DNA of 35,847 nt, taken from positions 1 through 35,847 of the forward strand of contig DATDBU010000076.1 in assembly GCA_036524675.1 (NCBI GenBank), written 5' to 3'. Origin of the DNA: Chthoniobacterales bacterium (lineage in GTDB: Bacteria > Verrucomicrobiota > Verrucomicrobiia > Chthoniobacterales > DASVRZ01). The notes under the pieces are model-generated. The model saw only the letters and a program-made list of their open reading frames with translations, had not been told where the DNA came from and ran no database searches. The translations under genes were made by a program, and so were the position numbers. This document shows, piece after piece, positions 9,080 to 18,428 of the stretch (within the stretch, counting starts at the first letter, position 1; each line of letters opens with the position of its first letter).

Positions 9080-9792
9080 GCGGCGGACTCGTCAACAATG
9101 GCGTCTTCGCGGCGAGGTTCAATGGTGCCGAGCCGCGCTTTCTGAGAGTAACATTTACCGATCAATTCCGTGACGATCGATTCCATTTCGACGGCCATGT
9201 TTTCGATCTTCCGGGAAAAATACGAGTGGGCAACAAGCGACGGAATGGCGATGCCCAGACCAATAATGGTGGTGCTGAGCGCCTCGGAAATACCGGAAGC
9301 GATGCCCGTGAAATCCCCGGTCGAAGTCGCCCCCGACCCGATACTGGAAAAGACGGAAACCAATCCTGCGACAGCGCCTAGCAGACCCAGCAATGGCGCA
9401 ATGCCGACGACAATTTCGAGCACGACCAAACCGGCTTCGAGTCGAAAAACTTCGTGGCGCGCCCGCGTTTGGACAGCTTCAACATTCTCGGATTTCGGCC
9501 ATCTAATGTGGTCCAGTGCGACGGAGGCGATGCGTGCCAAAGCGGAAGGGTCGCCTTTGACGAGACGCGAAAGCCGTTGCGGATTGTCGCCCGGTTGCAG
9601 GCGCTGGATTTCGCTTTCAATAATGCCCGGAAGAACGCTCGAACGGCGCAAGGCGAACGTGCGCAGGCCAATTACGGCGAATGATGCGACGGAACAAATG
9701 ATCAACAGGATCATGAAGAAACCGCCCTGTTTGATGAGATGAAACGCCGTGTCGAACGAGAATGCCAGCAAGGGTGGGTGGAAGAGGTTCAT
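9076..9792 (-). CDS. exbB: MotA/TolQ/ExbB proton-channel protein
   Basis: 238 aa with three TM helices and the conserved C-terminal region (...ALSTTIIGLGIAIPSLVAHSYF...). Confidence 0.85.
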   Translation of the reverse strand: MNLFHPPLLAFSFDTAFHLIKQGGFFMILLIICSVASFAVIGLRTFALRRSSVLPGIIESEIQRLQPGDNPQRLSRLVKGDPSALARIASVALDHIRWPKSENVEAVQTRARHEVFRLEAGLVVLEIVVGIAPLLGLLGAVAGLVSVFSSIGSGATSTGDFTGIASGISEALSTTIIGLGIAIPSLVAHSYFSRKIENMAVEMESIVTELIGKCYSQKARLGTIEPRREDAIVDESAA

Positions 9793-9817
9793 TACAGATC
9801 GGATGAAGTCGGTTGGG

Positions 9818-10918
9818 CTATGGATGAAACGTGAACGAGAATGGCATTTCGAGACGCCCGGTGGGCAGCGTCAATGCGACTTCGTCAGGGATTGGTGGCA
9901 GTTCGGAGTCGACGATAGATTGGATGCAGATACTTGCCAAACCCTCGTTGGCAGTGTTCGAGAGCACGCGGACATTGTCGATCTTGCCGTCTTTACTGAT
10001 GTTAAAAATGACCTGGACCCGGCCGGGGCCAATCAAGTCTGCATCGCGGCGAACATAGTAATACCACCGGGAACCGATTGCGCGATAAACCTGGTTGAAA
10101 TACCGGCCCAGCGGTGTGCCGCGAGTCGCAATCGATGGCCTGCCATGATTTGAAATGCTGCCCTGCAATTCGGATGCCTGGGTCTGCGGACGAAAGGTGC
10201 CGCCGGCTGACGAAGACGGCTTTGCAGGAGCGCCTCCTCCGGCCGGGCTGGGCGAAGCGGTCGGACTCGGGGTCGCAGTAGGGGTGGGCGTGGGCGTTGG
10301 CGTTGGTGTCGCCCGCTCAATGGCCAGTGCATCGTCGGGGAGTTTATCCGGCGGCGGAGTCGGTGTCGGGAGTGCCGTGCTTGGTTTCAGCAGCGGATTG
10401 TCTAGTTTGGCAAGGTCGGTCGCGGTTTTCGCTGGTTCCTGACGGGCCTGGTTTTGCTGCTGCTGCTGTGCAGGCTGATTCTGCGAAGGACGCCCTTGAG
10501 CTGCCCCCGCACCAGCACTGCCGAGCGAAAGCTGTTGATCGGCCAATTCCAGATGATCCTGTTTTCTACCCTCGATGGCCGGCATGTTTTTTGGGCCAGT
10601 TCCCGCTTTTTCCGATGCAGCCAGAGTATCGCGATCCGACTCGAATGACGTATTTTCGGGCGGTTTTTCCGCTTCGGTCATGTTCTCCGACCGCAGCAAT
10701 TCCGGTTCAGGAGTCGGCGTTGGAGCTGCGCCGAGGCGAGGGTCGGGCGTGGGCGTCGGTTCCGCTATGAGGGTAATTTCAGGAGGCAAATCCCGCTCAG
10801 GAACTTTCGCCGAAGCTTGCGGGCGCACGCTGAGCCACGTCCCAAATCCGAAAAAGAAAAGGACATGAAGAAGAAGGGAGCCGATGACCGCAATGGTCAC
10901 TTTCTTCTTTTCAGACAT
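9818..10918 (-). CDS. tonB: TonB-family energy transducer (Pro-rich linker, C-terminal TonB domain)
   Basis: N-terminal TM anchor, long Pro/Thr/Gln-rich spacers (TPTPTPDP, TPTPTPTPTATPSPTASPSP) and a C-terminal domain. It lies directly upstream of exbB-exbD on the same strand. Confidence 0.75.
   Translation of the reverse strand: MSEKKKVTIAVIGSLLLHVLFFFGFGTWLSVRPQASAKVPERDLPPEITLIAEPTPTPDPRLGAAPTPTPEPELLRSENMTEAEKPPENTSFESDRDTLAASEKAGTGPKNMPAIEGRKQDHLELADQQLSLGSAGAGAAQGRPSQNQPAQQQQQNQARQEPAKTATDLAKLDNPLLKPSTALPTPTPPPDKLPDDALAIERATPTPTPTPTPTATPSPTASPSPAGGGAPAKPSSSAGGTFRPQTQASELQGSISNHGRPSIATRGTPLGRYFNQVYRAIGSRWYYYVRRDADLIGPGRVQVIFNISKDGKIDNVRVLSNTANEGLASICIQSIVDSELPPIPDEVALTLPTGRLEMPFSFTFHP
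10284..10310. repeat. Simple-sequence repeat (GTGGGCGT/GTTGGC units) encoding the TonB (TP)n tract
   Basis: The string gtgggcgtgggcgttggcgttggtgtc is read directly. A second similar GGGCGTGGGCGT stretch lies near 10735-10760. Confidence 0.6.
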
Positions 10919-11003
10919 GGCCCCGCATCATAGTCGAGTGCGGTGCTTTGTCACGAGTGGGTTACAAGTCGCCATTTCCTAGGCGGCTGGTTGGAAAAAG
11001 ACT

Positions 11004-12176
11004 ATGCTGGGGTTTGCTATGACCCCGCATGATTCAGCCCCTCTGGACGCAAAGAAAGACGATCAAGCAATCGATGAACCCCTTGTCCCCGAAGTAGTTG
11101 GTGGTGATGGAGTGGATGGTGAACTCGCACAGGAGCCTTCAAGAGTTGGTCCCGTTCCTGGTTTGGATTCCCCGGACGAACTGAGTGGACGGCTTCAGGA
11201 GAAGGAAGAACGGAAACGTCACAAACTGGATCGTGACCGCCTCCTGGACGCCGCGAGAGTTGTTGCGACGTCCTTTCCCATGGTGGAAATGATCAACGAG
11301 CAGATCAAAACAAGCATCCCGCCTGAGTTGGTCGCGCGCGTTCGCGAAGCGCAAAAGCACAACAGGCGGATCATGAATGCCTCGTTTCCCTACCGGCAAC
11401 GGCTCAGTCGCGCCGATTATGAGGCGGAAATGCTGTTACTGCAGATCGAGCTAGTTAAAATGCAGGCTTGGATCAAGCATACCGGCGAGCGGCTTGTCAT
11501 TGTTTTTGAGGGGCGCGACGCCGCGGGAAAAGGGGGCACGATCAAGCGTTTCATGCAAAACTTGAATCCTCGCGGCGCGCGCGTCGTCGCGCTCACAAAG
11601 CCGTCCGAAACCGAGACGGGACAGTGGTATTTTCAGCGCTATATCGATCACATGCCGACGCGAGGCGAGATCGTGATGTATGACCGCTCCTGGTACAACC
11701 GCGTAGGAGTCGAACATGTCATGGGGTTTTGCACACCCAATGAATATCTGGAATTCATGCGGCAGGCTCCGGAATTCGAGCGGATGCTCGTGCGCAGCGG
11801 TATCCGGCTTATCAAATTTTGGTTTTCCGTAAGCCGCGAAGAGCAGCTGTTGCGTTTTTTGAATCGCGCCCAGGATCCGCTCAAGCAATGGAAACTTAGC
11901 CCCATGGACGTGGAATCTCTCGGCCGCTGGGATTCCTATACGAAGGCAAAGGAATCAATGCTTTTCTACACGGACACCGCCGACGCACCGTGGACGATTG
12001 TCCGGTCCGATGACAAAAAACGGGCACGTTTGAGCGCCATCCGGCACGTGTTGAACCTGGCGCCCTATGTCGGCAAAGGCGCCGAAACCGTGACACCGCC
12101 AGACCCGAAGCTATGCGGCTCAGCTGCCGCTATTTACGAAAGCGACGAAATGAAGGAAAACGCGGCGGTCCATTGA
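11004..12176 (+). CDS. ppk2: Polyphosphate kinase 2 (PPK2 family) with an acidic N-terminal extension
   Basis: Core IVFEGRDAAGKGGTIKR (Walker A), WYFQRY and SWYNR motifs typical of PPK2. An extra ~100 N-terminal residues are rich in D/E/K. Confidence 0.9.
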   Translation: MLGFAMTPHDSAPLDAKKDDQAIDEPLVPEVVGGDGVDGELAQEPSRVGPVPGLDSPDELSGRLQEKEERKRHKLDRDRLLDAARVVATSFPMVEMINEQIKTSIPPELVARVREAQKHNRRIMNASFPYRQRLSRADYEAEMLLLQIELVKMQAWIKHTGERLVIVFEGRDAAGKGGTIKRFMQNLNPRGARVVALTKPSETETGQWYFQRYIDHMPTRGEIVMYDRSWYNRVGVEHVMGFCTPNEYLEFMRQAPEFERMLVRSGIRLIKFWFSVSREEQLLRFLNRAQDPLKQWKLSPMDVESLGRWDSYTKAKESMLFYTDTADAPWTIVRSDDKKRARLSAIRHVLNLAPYVGKGAETVTPPDPKLCGSAAAIYESDEMKENAAVH

Positions 12177-12182
12177 AGTTTT

Positions 12183-12267
12183 AAGTCTTAAGTTTGTAAG
12201 TCTTAAGACATCTCTCTTGCCAAGGCTGTGCTTTTCTTAAGACTTAATACTTACAAACTTAAGACTT
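12183..12267. repeat. Imperfect ~26-bp-stem hairpin composed of four CTTAAG palindromes
   Basis: Left arm aagtcttaagtttgtaagtcttaaga (12183-12208). Right arm tcttaag...acttacaaacttaagactt (12235-12267). There is a 19-bp perfect pairing plus a 7-bp extension with a bulge. CTTAAG occurs at 12187, 12202, 12236 and 12258. Confidence 0.7.
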
Positions 12268-12273
12268 CTTCTC

Positions 12274-12612
12274 ATGCCTTTGGATGACCGTTTGCGTGAC
12301 TGGTTGGCTGCCGATTTGAAAGACATCCTTGCCATGCGGATGCCATTCGGGAAATTCGGTCCGGAGCATTTTCCGCCATCTGGCGTTCCCCTTTTCGATT
12401 TACCGGTGGAATATCTGCAGTGGTTCGCTTTGAAAGGCTTCCCAAAGGGTCGTCTTGGCGAGCTATTGCGAATCGTTCACCAGCTCAAAGTGGACGGCTG
12501 CGATGAGATCTTTGACGACGAACGCCGCAAACGCGGAGGGAGGACGGATCTGCGGGAGAAGAAGACCTCGTCACGGCCGAAGCCCCTGTCACGGCCAAAG
12601 GGAAAACAATAG
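12274..12612 (+). CDS. DUF3820-family protein (annotated in databases as putative quorum-sensing-regulated virulence factor)
   Basis: 112 aa with the MPFGKFG...VEYLQWFALKGFPKGRLGELL signature I associate with DUF3820, plus a basic C-terminal tail. Confidence 0.65.
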   Translation: MPLDDRLRDWLAADLKDILAMRMPFGKFGPEHFPPSGVPLFDLPVEYLQWFALKGFPKGRLGELLRIVHQLKVDGCDEIFDDERRKRGGRTDLREKKTSSRPKPLSRPKGKQ

Positions 12613-12794
12613 CAGCTTCGCGGCCGGGTAACGACTTCTTACTCATTCCACGCCCGGCTTTCTTTCCGTAGTCCGCCCCTCCGGGTCGAACGCCGTTTTG
12701 GGATTAACCTGAAGCCGCCAAAGCCAGCCCAGAGCAATATCGCTGCATCGGCGAGAAGTGAACGAGCAGCTCGATTACGAACCTATTCCTTTGG

Positions 12795-15533
12795 TCAAAA
12801 CTGTGCCAGCACCTGGTGCAAGTGCGCCAGTTTTTCAGCCCAGGTCGCTTCGCGCTGGCGGTGATCTTCCAGGACGACAGGCGGGACCTTCTCAGCGAAA
12901 GCGGGATTAGCGAGTTTGGCGCGGACTTTCGCGAGCTCGTCTTCCACCTTGGCGATTTCCTTGGAGATGCGCTGCTTTTCGGCTTCGACGTCGATAAGAC
13001 CTTCGAGAGGGAGGAAAAGCGTGCCGAGCGGAGTAAGGGCGCGCGGGGTGCCTTTCGGCGCTGCGTACGCAGGATCAATGTCGAGATGCTCGGCGTTGAG
13101 CAGGATTCTTAGAACATCAATGTCATGCGCGGCGAGTTCACTGACCGGCTGCAATACGAAACGGATACGTTTGTTGCTGGCGATGTTGAAATCCCGCCGC
13201 AAACCGCGTCCGGCGAAGACGGTTTCGTATTTCGCCCTGGCCGCCAGGTCGTCCTCAGGCGTGATGCCGTAATGCGCCTTGAAGTCGTCGTCGAGCGGCT
13301 GGGGCCAGCGGGAAGTCTGAATGGTTTCACCTCCCTGTTTCGGCGGCAGATCCAGATTGAAGCCCATGCCATTCCACAGTTCCTCGGTGATGAATGGCAG
13401 GAATGGATGAAACAGCCTCAGCGTATGGCCGAGCACGAAATCCATCACGGCCAGTGTGTTGGCTTTTCGCTCCACACCGTCCGAGTTCAAAGCTGCCTTG
13501 GCCGCTTCGAGGTACCAGTCGCAATACTCGCTCCAGAAAAACCGGTAGAGTATCTGCGCGGCGTCGCTGAACCGGTACTCGTCGAGCGCCAGAGACACTT
13601 CGCGGATAGCGGTGTCAAGACGCAGCAAAATCCATTTGTCATCACTTGTGAGCAGCAGCGGATTGATTTCTCCCTCCGTAGTGAATCCGTCCGGCCCGGA
13701 CCCCTGCATCTGGCGGAAACGCGCTGCATTCCAAAGCTTCGTGCAGAAATTCCGACCCAACTCGACGTTCTTTTCATCAAACAGCACGTCCTGACCCAGA
13801 GGCGCCGAACGCATTACGCCAAAGCGCAGGGCATCGGCGCCATACTTTCCGATCAAATCCAGCGGATCCGGCGAATTGCCGAGCGACTTGGACATTTTTC
13901 GCCCCTGTTTGTCGCGGATGATTCCCGTGAAATAGACGTTTTCAAACGGCTTTTCACCCATCCACTCGAACCCGGCCATGATCATCCGGGCGACCCAGAA
14001 GAAAATAATATCCGGACCGGTGACGAGATCTGTCGTTGGATAGAACTTGCCGAGCGTCTCCGTTTTCTTCGGCCATCCCATCGTCGCAAACGGCCACAGC
14101 CAGGATGAAAACCACGTGTCGAGCACATCGGGGTCCTGTTCCCAGTTTTCCGAGTCGGGCGGAGGTTCTGTGCTGACGTGCAATGACGAATCTGCACGCG
14201 ACGATGTGTTTTCATCACTCGCCATTCGGTCCCGTAGGGCGGGATCATTCTTCCGGTACCACACCGGAATCCGGTGCCCCCACCAGAGCTGCCGGCTGAT
14301 GCACCAATCCTGGAGATTTCCCATCCAGTGATCGTAAACTTTCGCCCAACGTTCCGGGAAAAACCGCATTCCACCGTCGGCGACGATATTCCGCGCCTCT
14401 TCCACGTTCGGATATTTGAGAAACCATTGTTCGCTCAACCGCGGTTCGATCGGGACCTGACCGCGCTCGGAGTAACCGACATTATTCTGATACGGTTCTT
14501 CGCGTTCCAGCAAACCGGCGTCCCGGAGCAGCTCTGCCGCTTTTTTTCGCGCTTCAAAACGATCCAAACCTGCAAGATCCTTCCCAGCGAGCTCATTCAT
14601 GATACCCCGCGGGTCAATCACCTCGATGATTTCCAGCGAATGGCGCTGGCCGATCTCATAGTCCGCCTTGTCATGCGCGGGGGTCACTTTCAGCACGCCG
14701 GTTCCGAACTCGGGATCAATATGGTCATCCGCAACAACGGGCAGCGGCGTCTGATTTTCGAGCGGCAACGGCCGCCGCACATGCTTGCCGATCAAATGCG
14801 AATAGCGCGAGTCCCTCGGACTCACCGCCACTCCCGAGTCACCCGGAATCGTCTCCGGCCGCGTCGTGGCGATGGTTAAAAACGTTCCCGGTTCCTCGAC
14901 GACTTCCACTTTGAAATAATAGAGCAGCCCGTTCACAGGCCTCATCTCCACTTCCTCGTCACTCAGGGCAGTCAACGATGCGGGGCACCAATTGACCATG
15001 CGTTTTCCGCGATAAATGAGGCCTTTGTTGTAGAGATCGACGAAGATCCGCGACACACATTTCGAATACTCCGGATCCATCGTGAACCGCGTCCGTGACC
15101 AGTCGCACGAAGCGCCTAACGCACGGAGTTGCTGCAAAATTCTCCCTCCGTATTCCTCTTTCCAGGCCCAGATTTTTTCCACGAGCGCCTCGCGGCCCAA
15201 ATCGTCGCGATGTTTCATTTCGCCCGACTTGCGGAGGCTCTTTTCCACAACATTCTGGGTAGCGATGCCGGCGTGATCCGTCCCCGGCAGCCAGAGCACT
15301 TCCTTGCCGAGCATGCGCGCACGGCGGGCAAGGATGTCCTGGATCGTATTGTTTAGGACGTGGCCAAGCGTGAGAACCCCCGTGACGTTTGGCGGCGGGA
15401 TCACGATGGAATACGCGGGACGCTTGGCACTAACGCGCGCGGGATCCGCAGTAAAACAACCGTCTGCGAGCCATTTGGAATACCACTTTTCCTCAATGGC
15501 TTGCGGTTCATACGTCTTGGGAATCTCGGACAT
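12795..15533 (-). CDS. valS: Valine--tRNA ligase
   Basis: Class I aaRS motifs (PPNVTGVLTLGHV = HIGH region; KMSKS as RKMSKSLGN), an editing domain and a C-terminal coiled-coil. The start is set at MSEIPKTYEPQAIEEKWY (15533) rather than the far upstream ATG at 15821. Confidence 0.95.
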   Translation of the reverse strand: MSEIPKTYEPQAIEEKWYSKWLADGCFTADPARVSAKRPAYSIVIPPPNVTGVLTLGHVLNNTIQDILARRARMLGKEVLWLPGTDHAGIATQNVVEKSLRKSGEMKHRDDLGREALVEKIWAWKEEYGGRILQQLRALGASCDWSRTRFTMDPEYSKCVSRIFVDLYNKGLIYRGKRMVNWCPASLTALSDEEVEMRPVNGLLYYFKVEVVEEPGTFLTIATTRPETIPGDSGVAVSPRDSRYSHLIGKHVRRPLPLENQTPLPVVADDHIDPEFGTGVLKVTPAHDKADYEIGQRHSLEIIEVIDPRGIMNELAGKDLAGLDRFEARKKAAELLRDAGLLEREEPYQNNVGYSERGQVPIEPRLSEQWFLKYPNVEEARNIVADGGMRFFPERWAKVYDHWMGNLQDWCISRQLWWGHRIPVWYRKNDPALRDRMASDENTSSRADSSLHVSTEPPPDSENWEQDPDVLDTWFSSWLWPFATMGWPKKTETLGKFYPTTDLVTGPDIIFFWVARMIMAGFEWMGEKPFENVYFTGIIRDKQGRKMSKSLGNSPDPLDLIGKYGADALRFGVMRSAPLGQDVLFDEKNVELGRNFCTKLWNAARFRQMQGSGPDGFTTEGEINPLLLTSDDKWILLRLDTAIREVSLALDEYRFSDAAQILYRFFWSEYCDWYLEAAKAALNSDGVERKANTLAVMDFVLGHTLRLFHPFLPFITEELWNGMGFNLDLPPKQGGETIQTSRWPQPLDDDFKAHYGITPEDDLAARAKYETVFAGRGLRRDFNIASNKRIRFVLQPVSELAAHDIDVLRILLNAEHLDIDPAYAAPKGTPRALTPLGTLFLPLEGLIDVEAEKQRISKEIAKVEDELAKVRAKLANPAFAEKVPPVVLEDHRQREATWAEKLAHLHQVLAQF

Positions 15534-15636
15534 GGGACGCCCAATGTGCCGCTCTGTTTCCCATTCTTCAACCCCGGACCATCCTACTTGTTTCTTACGT
15601 TGAATTGCCACAACGACCAATGGAAGCTGAGTCGAC

Positions 15637-17001
15637 ATGGATGAGCTTTTCGCTTCGAAATCCGAAACCTCTGGCGGTGTGCCCGACCCTGCTGGTAAGG
15701 CAGCGCCGCTGGCAGCGCGGATGCGCCCGCGCACGCTCGACGAATACGTCGGCCAGGAACACATTCTCGGTCCGGGGAAATTGTTGCGCCGCGCCATCGA
15801 GGCTGACCGGATAACGTCCATCCTGCTTTACGGTCCGCCTGGCACCGGAAAAACGACCCTGGCACAAATCATCGCCCATGTGACGGCGTCGCGCTTCGAG
15901 CGATTGAGCGGCGTGGAAAGCAGCGTAGCCGATATCCGGCGCGTCGTTGCGACGGCTGCAAACCGTCTGCAAAACAATGGCCCGCGGACGATTCTTTTCA
16001 TCGACGAAATCCATCGTTTCAACAAAGCGCAGCAGGATGTCCTCCTGCCCGACGTCGAAAGCGGCGTCGTGCGACTCATTGGTGCCACCACGCACAATCC
16101 CTTTTTTTACGTTAACAGTCCTCTCGTCTCGCGGTCACAGGTTTTTCAACTGGAACCTCTTTCGGTGGAAAATCTTAAAACGCTCCTGCGTCGCGCCTTA
16201 TCGGATCCGGAACGCGGCTTCGGAGATCTGACAGTCGAGATAGCCGACGAAGCACTAAACTTTCTAGCTGAAGCTGCGGATGGCGATGGCCGCAAATGCC
16301 TCAACTCCCTGGAGATCGGCGTCCTGACCACTCCGCCGGACAACCAAACAGGCGTTGTTAACATCGACCTCGACATCGCCCAGGAATGCATTCAAAGAAA
16401 AGCCGTTGTCTATGACCATGACGAAGACGGCCACTACGACACCATCAGCGCGTTCATCAAATCCATGCGCGGGTCAGACCCGGACGCAGCCCTTTATTGG
16501 CTGGCGAAAATGTTATACGCCGGCGAAGATATCCGTTTCATCGCAAGACGAATCGTCATCTGTGCCAGCGAAGACGTCGGAATGGCAGATTCAAACGCGC
16601 TGGTCGTCGCTGTTGCTGCGCAACAGGCTGTCGAATTCGTCGGCTTGCCTGAAGCGAGAATTCCGCTGGCGCACGCAGCCGTTTATATCGCCACCGCGCC
16701 AAAGAGCAATCGCGCCTACATGGGCATCGATCTGGCTACCAAGGATATCCAGGAAGGCCGTACCCTTGCCGTACCCCGCCATCTCCGGGACGCCAGTAAC
16801 AAGCGGGCCGCAAAAGCATTCGGCCATCAGGGGTATCAATACAGTCACGACTTCGAAGGCGGCTATGTCCCTCAATCGTATCTACCCGAAGGCAGACGAT
16901 ACTATGAGCCCACCGAAAATGGGCTGGAAAAAAGAGTAAAGGAACGCCTCGATTACTGGCGCGCACAGTTTGAAGCGACGGAGACGGAAAAAAATAAATG
17001 A
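15637..17001 (+). CDS. rarA: Replication-associated recombination protein A (AAA+ ATPase RarA/MgsA)
   Basis: Walker A LLYGPPGTGKTTLA, Walker B ILFIDEIHRFNK, sensor motifs and the MgsA C-terminal domain. Confidence 0.9.
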   Translation: MDELFASKSETSGGVPDPAGKAAPLAARMRPRTLDEYVGQEHILGPGKLLRRAIEADRITSILLYGPPGTGKTTLAQIIAHVTASRFERLSGVESSVADIRRVVATAANRLQNNGPRTILFIDEIHRFNKAQQDVLLPDVESGVVRLIGATTHNPFFYVNSPLVSRSQVFQLEPLSVENLKTLLRRALSDPERGFGDLTVEIADEALNFLAEAADGDGRKCLNSLEIGVLTTPPDNQTGVVNIDLDIAQECIQRKAVVYDHDEDGHYDTISAFIKSMRGSDPDAALYWLAKMLYAGEDIRFIARRIVICASEDVGMADSNALVVAVAAQQAVEFVGLPEARIPLAHAAVYIATAPKSNRAYMGIDLATKDIQEGRTLAVPRHLRDASNKRAAKAFGHQGYQYSHDFEGGYVPQSYLPEGRRYYEPTENGLEKRVKERLDYWRAQFEATETEKNK

Positions 17002-18263
17002 CGATTCTGTTGGGTATCCTGCTGGCGATAACGCTCGCCATATTAGTTTTTCGCTATCATTTACCGCTGCGCAGGTTGCGGAAGCGGCTGCGGGATATCG
17101 CTAGTGGCTCAATCCCAAGAACTCATTTCGCGGGAGGCGCTGAAATAGTTAGAGATTTGTCCCTTGATCTCGATCATCTGGTTGAAATGCAGAGTGACAC
17201 TGTGCGACGGGCAGAAGACGAGGGGTTCAACCTGCGCGCCGTGCTCAGCAGCATGAAAGAGGGTGTGCTTATCGTTGACAGCTGGCACCGTATCCGGCTT
17301 GCCAATGAAGGCATCCATTCCTTGCTCCCGCACGGAGTTTCGCCTATCAATCGAACACCGCTGGAGCTATTCCGCAATCACCTGCTCCATCGCGCCATTG
17401 AAGCCAGCCTAACATTTCCCGAACCGCACACCAGTGAAATGACTCTGGACGTATTCGATCACGGCCAGCTCGTGCCACGGCACTTCGAGGTCACCGTTGT
17501 CGGGATGCGCCCAGGTGGCAGAAAGGAATCCCTGGGAGCGCTCATCGTTTTTCATGACATCACACGTGTTAAAGCACTGGAAGGCATGCGCAAAGAGTTC
17601 GTAGCCAATGTTTCCCACGAGCTCCGGACGCCTCTGTCGATTATCAGCGGCTATCTGGAAACCATCCTGGATGACGATCTGAACGACTTGACCGCGGCAC
17701 GGAAGTTTTTGACCATCATGCGCAAACACACGCAGCGGCTGCATTTGTTAGTCGAAGACCTGCTGATCATTTCGCAGTTGGAATCTCAAAAAACGACGCT
17801 CGAAATGGCGCCGATGAACCTTGCTGCCTGTTTGGAAAAAGTGGTCGAGCGTCTTGAACCATCGCTCGAACAACGTGATGTGCGGATCCAGCTCAACTTC
17901 CCGCCCGACTTTCCACAGGTTGAAGCCGACGAACACCGGATGGATCAGGCTTTTTTCAATCTCCTCGACAACGCCGTCAAACACGGGTGCCGCGACCACG
18001 GTGTCGTCGAAGTGCATGGCTCGGTAGCAGAAGGGGATGTCATTGTCTCGGTGCGCGACTACGGACCCGGGATTCCCACAGAGGATCAACCGCATATTTT
18101 CGAGCGGTTCTACCGTGTGGATCGCGGCCGCTCCCGGCAGCGCGGTGGCACAGGGCTCGGGCTATCTATCGTAAAACACATTGTCCAGGCGCACGGCGGA
18201 ACGGTCGAAGTCGAAAGTCGAATTGGAAAAGGCTCAACGTTTCACGTAAAAATACCAATTTAA
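16998..18263 (+). CDS. PAS-domain sensor histidine kinase (PhoR-like)
   Basis: N-terminal TM helix, PAS-like region, H-box FVANVSHELRTPLSIISGYLE and HATPase_c (N, G1 DYGPGIP, G2 GGTGLGLSIVK). Its ATG overlaps the rarA stop (ATGA). Confidence 0.85.
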   Translation: MTILLGILLAITLAILVFRYHLPLRRLRKRLRDIASGSIPRTHFAGGAEIVRDLSLDLDHLVEMQSDTVRRAEDEGFNLRAVLSSMKEGVLIVDSWHRIRLANEGIHSLLPHGVSPINRTPLELFRNHLLHRAIEASLTFPEPHTSEMTLDVFDHGQLVPRHFEVTVVGMRPGGRKESLGALIVFHDITRVKALEGMRKEFVANVSHELRTPLSIISGYLETILDDDLNDLTAARKFLTIMRKHTQRLHLLVEDLLIISQLESQKTTLEMAPMNLAACLEKVVERLEPSLEQRDVRIQLNFPPDFPQVEADEHRMDQAFFNLLDNAVKHGCRDHGVVEVHGSVAEGDVIVSVRDYGPGIPTEDQPHIFERFYRVDRGRSRQRGGTGLGLSIVKHIVQAHGGTVEVESRIGKGSTFHVKIPI

Positions 18264-18266
18264 GTT

Positions 18267-18356
18267 TTCAGGTTCAGGATTCGGCTTCAGAATTCCCACC
18301 GCAGCCACGCGTGGCTTCACGGTCGGCCATCTGAAAGCTGAATCCTGAACCCGAAT
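18267..18356. terminator. Compound stem-loop immediately after the histidine-kinase stop (possible terminator or regulatory RNA structure)
   Basis: A 12-bp perfect stem ggttcaggattc (18271-82) pairs with gaatcctgaacc (18340-51) and is extendable to about 20 bp with one mismatch. The ~47-nt loop contains a perfect 12-nt palindrome gccacgcgtggc (18304-15). It is not followed by a T-tract. Confidence 0.4.
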
Positions 18357-18428
18357 GCTCCCTAAAAACTTTCGCTTTTCTCGCGGACCGCTTTGAACGA
18401 GTTTGCCCGCCCGATTTTCACGAATTTT

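Noticed and set aside
13125-14108. 327-aa + strand ORF inside valS
   Set aside because: Antisense to a strongly supported class I aaRS gene; Arg/His-rich translation.
15584-16097. Minus-strand ORFs overlapping the valS-rarA spacer and the rarA 5' end
   Set aside because: They overlap the well-supported rarA gene, and their translations are not protein-like.
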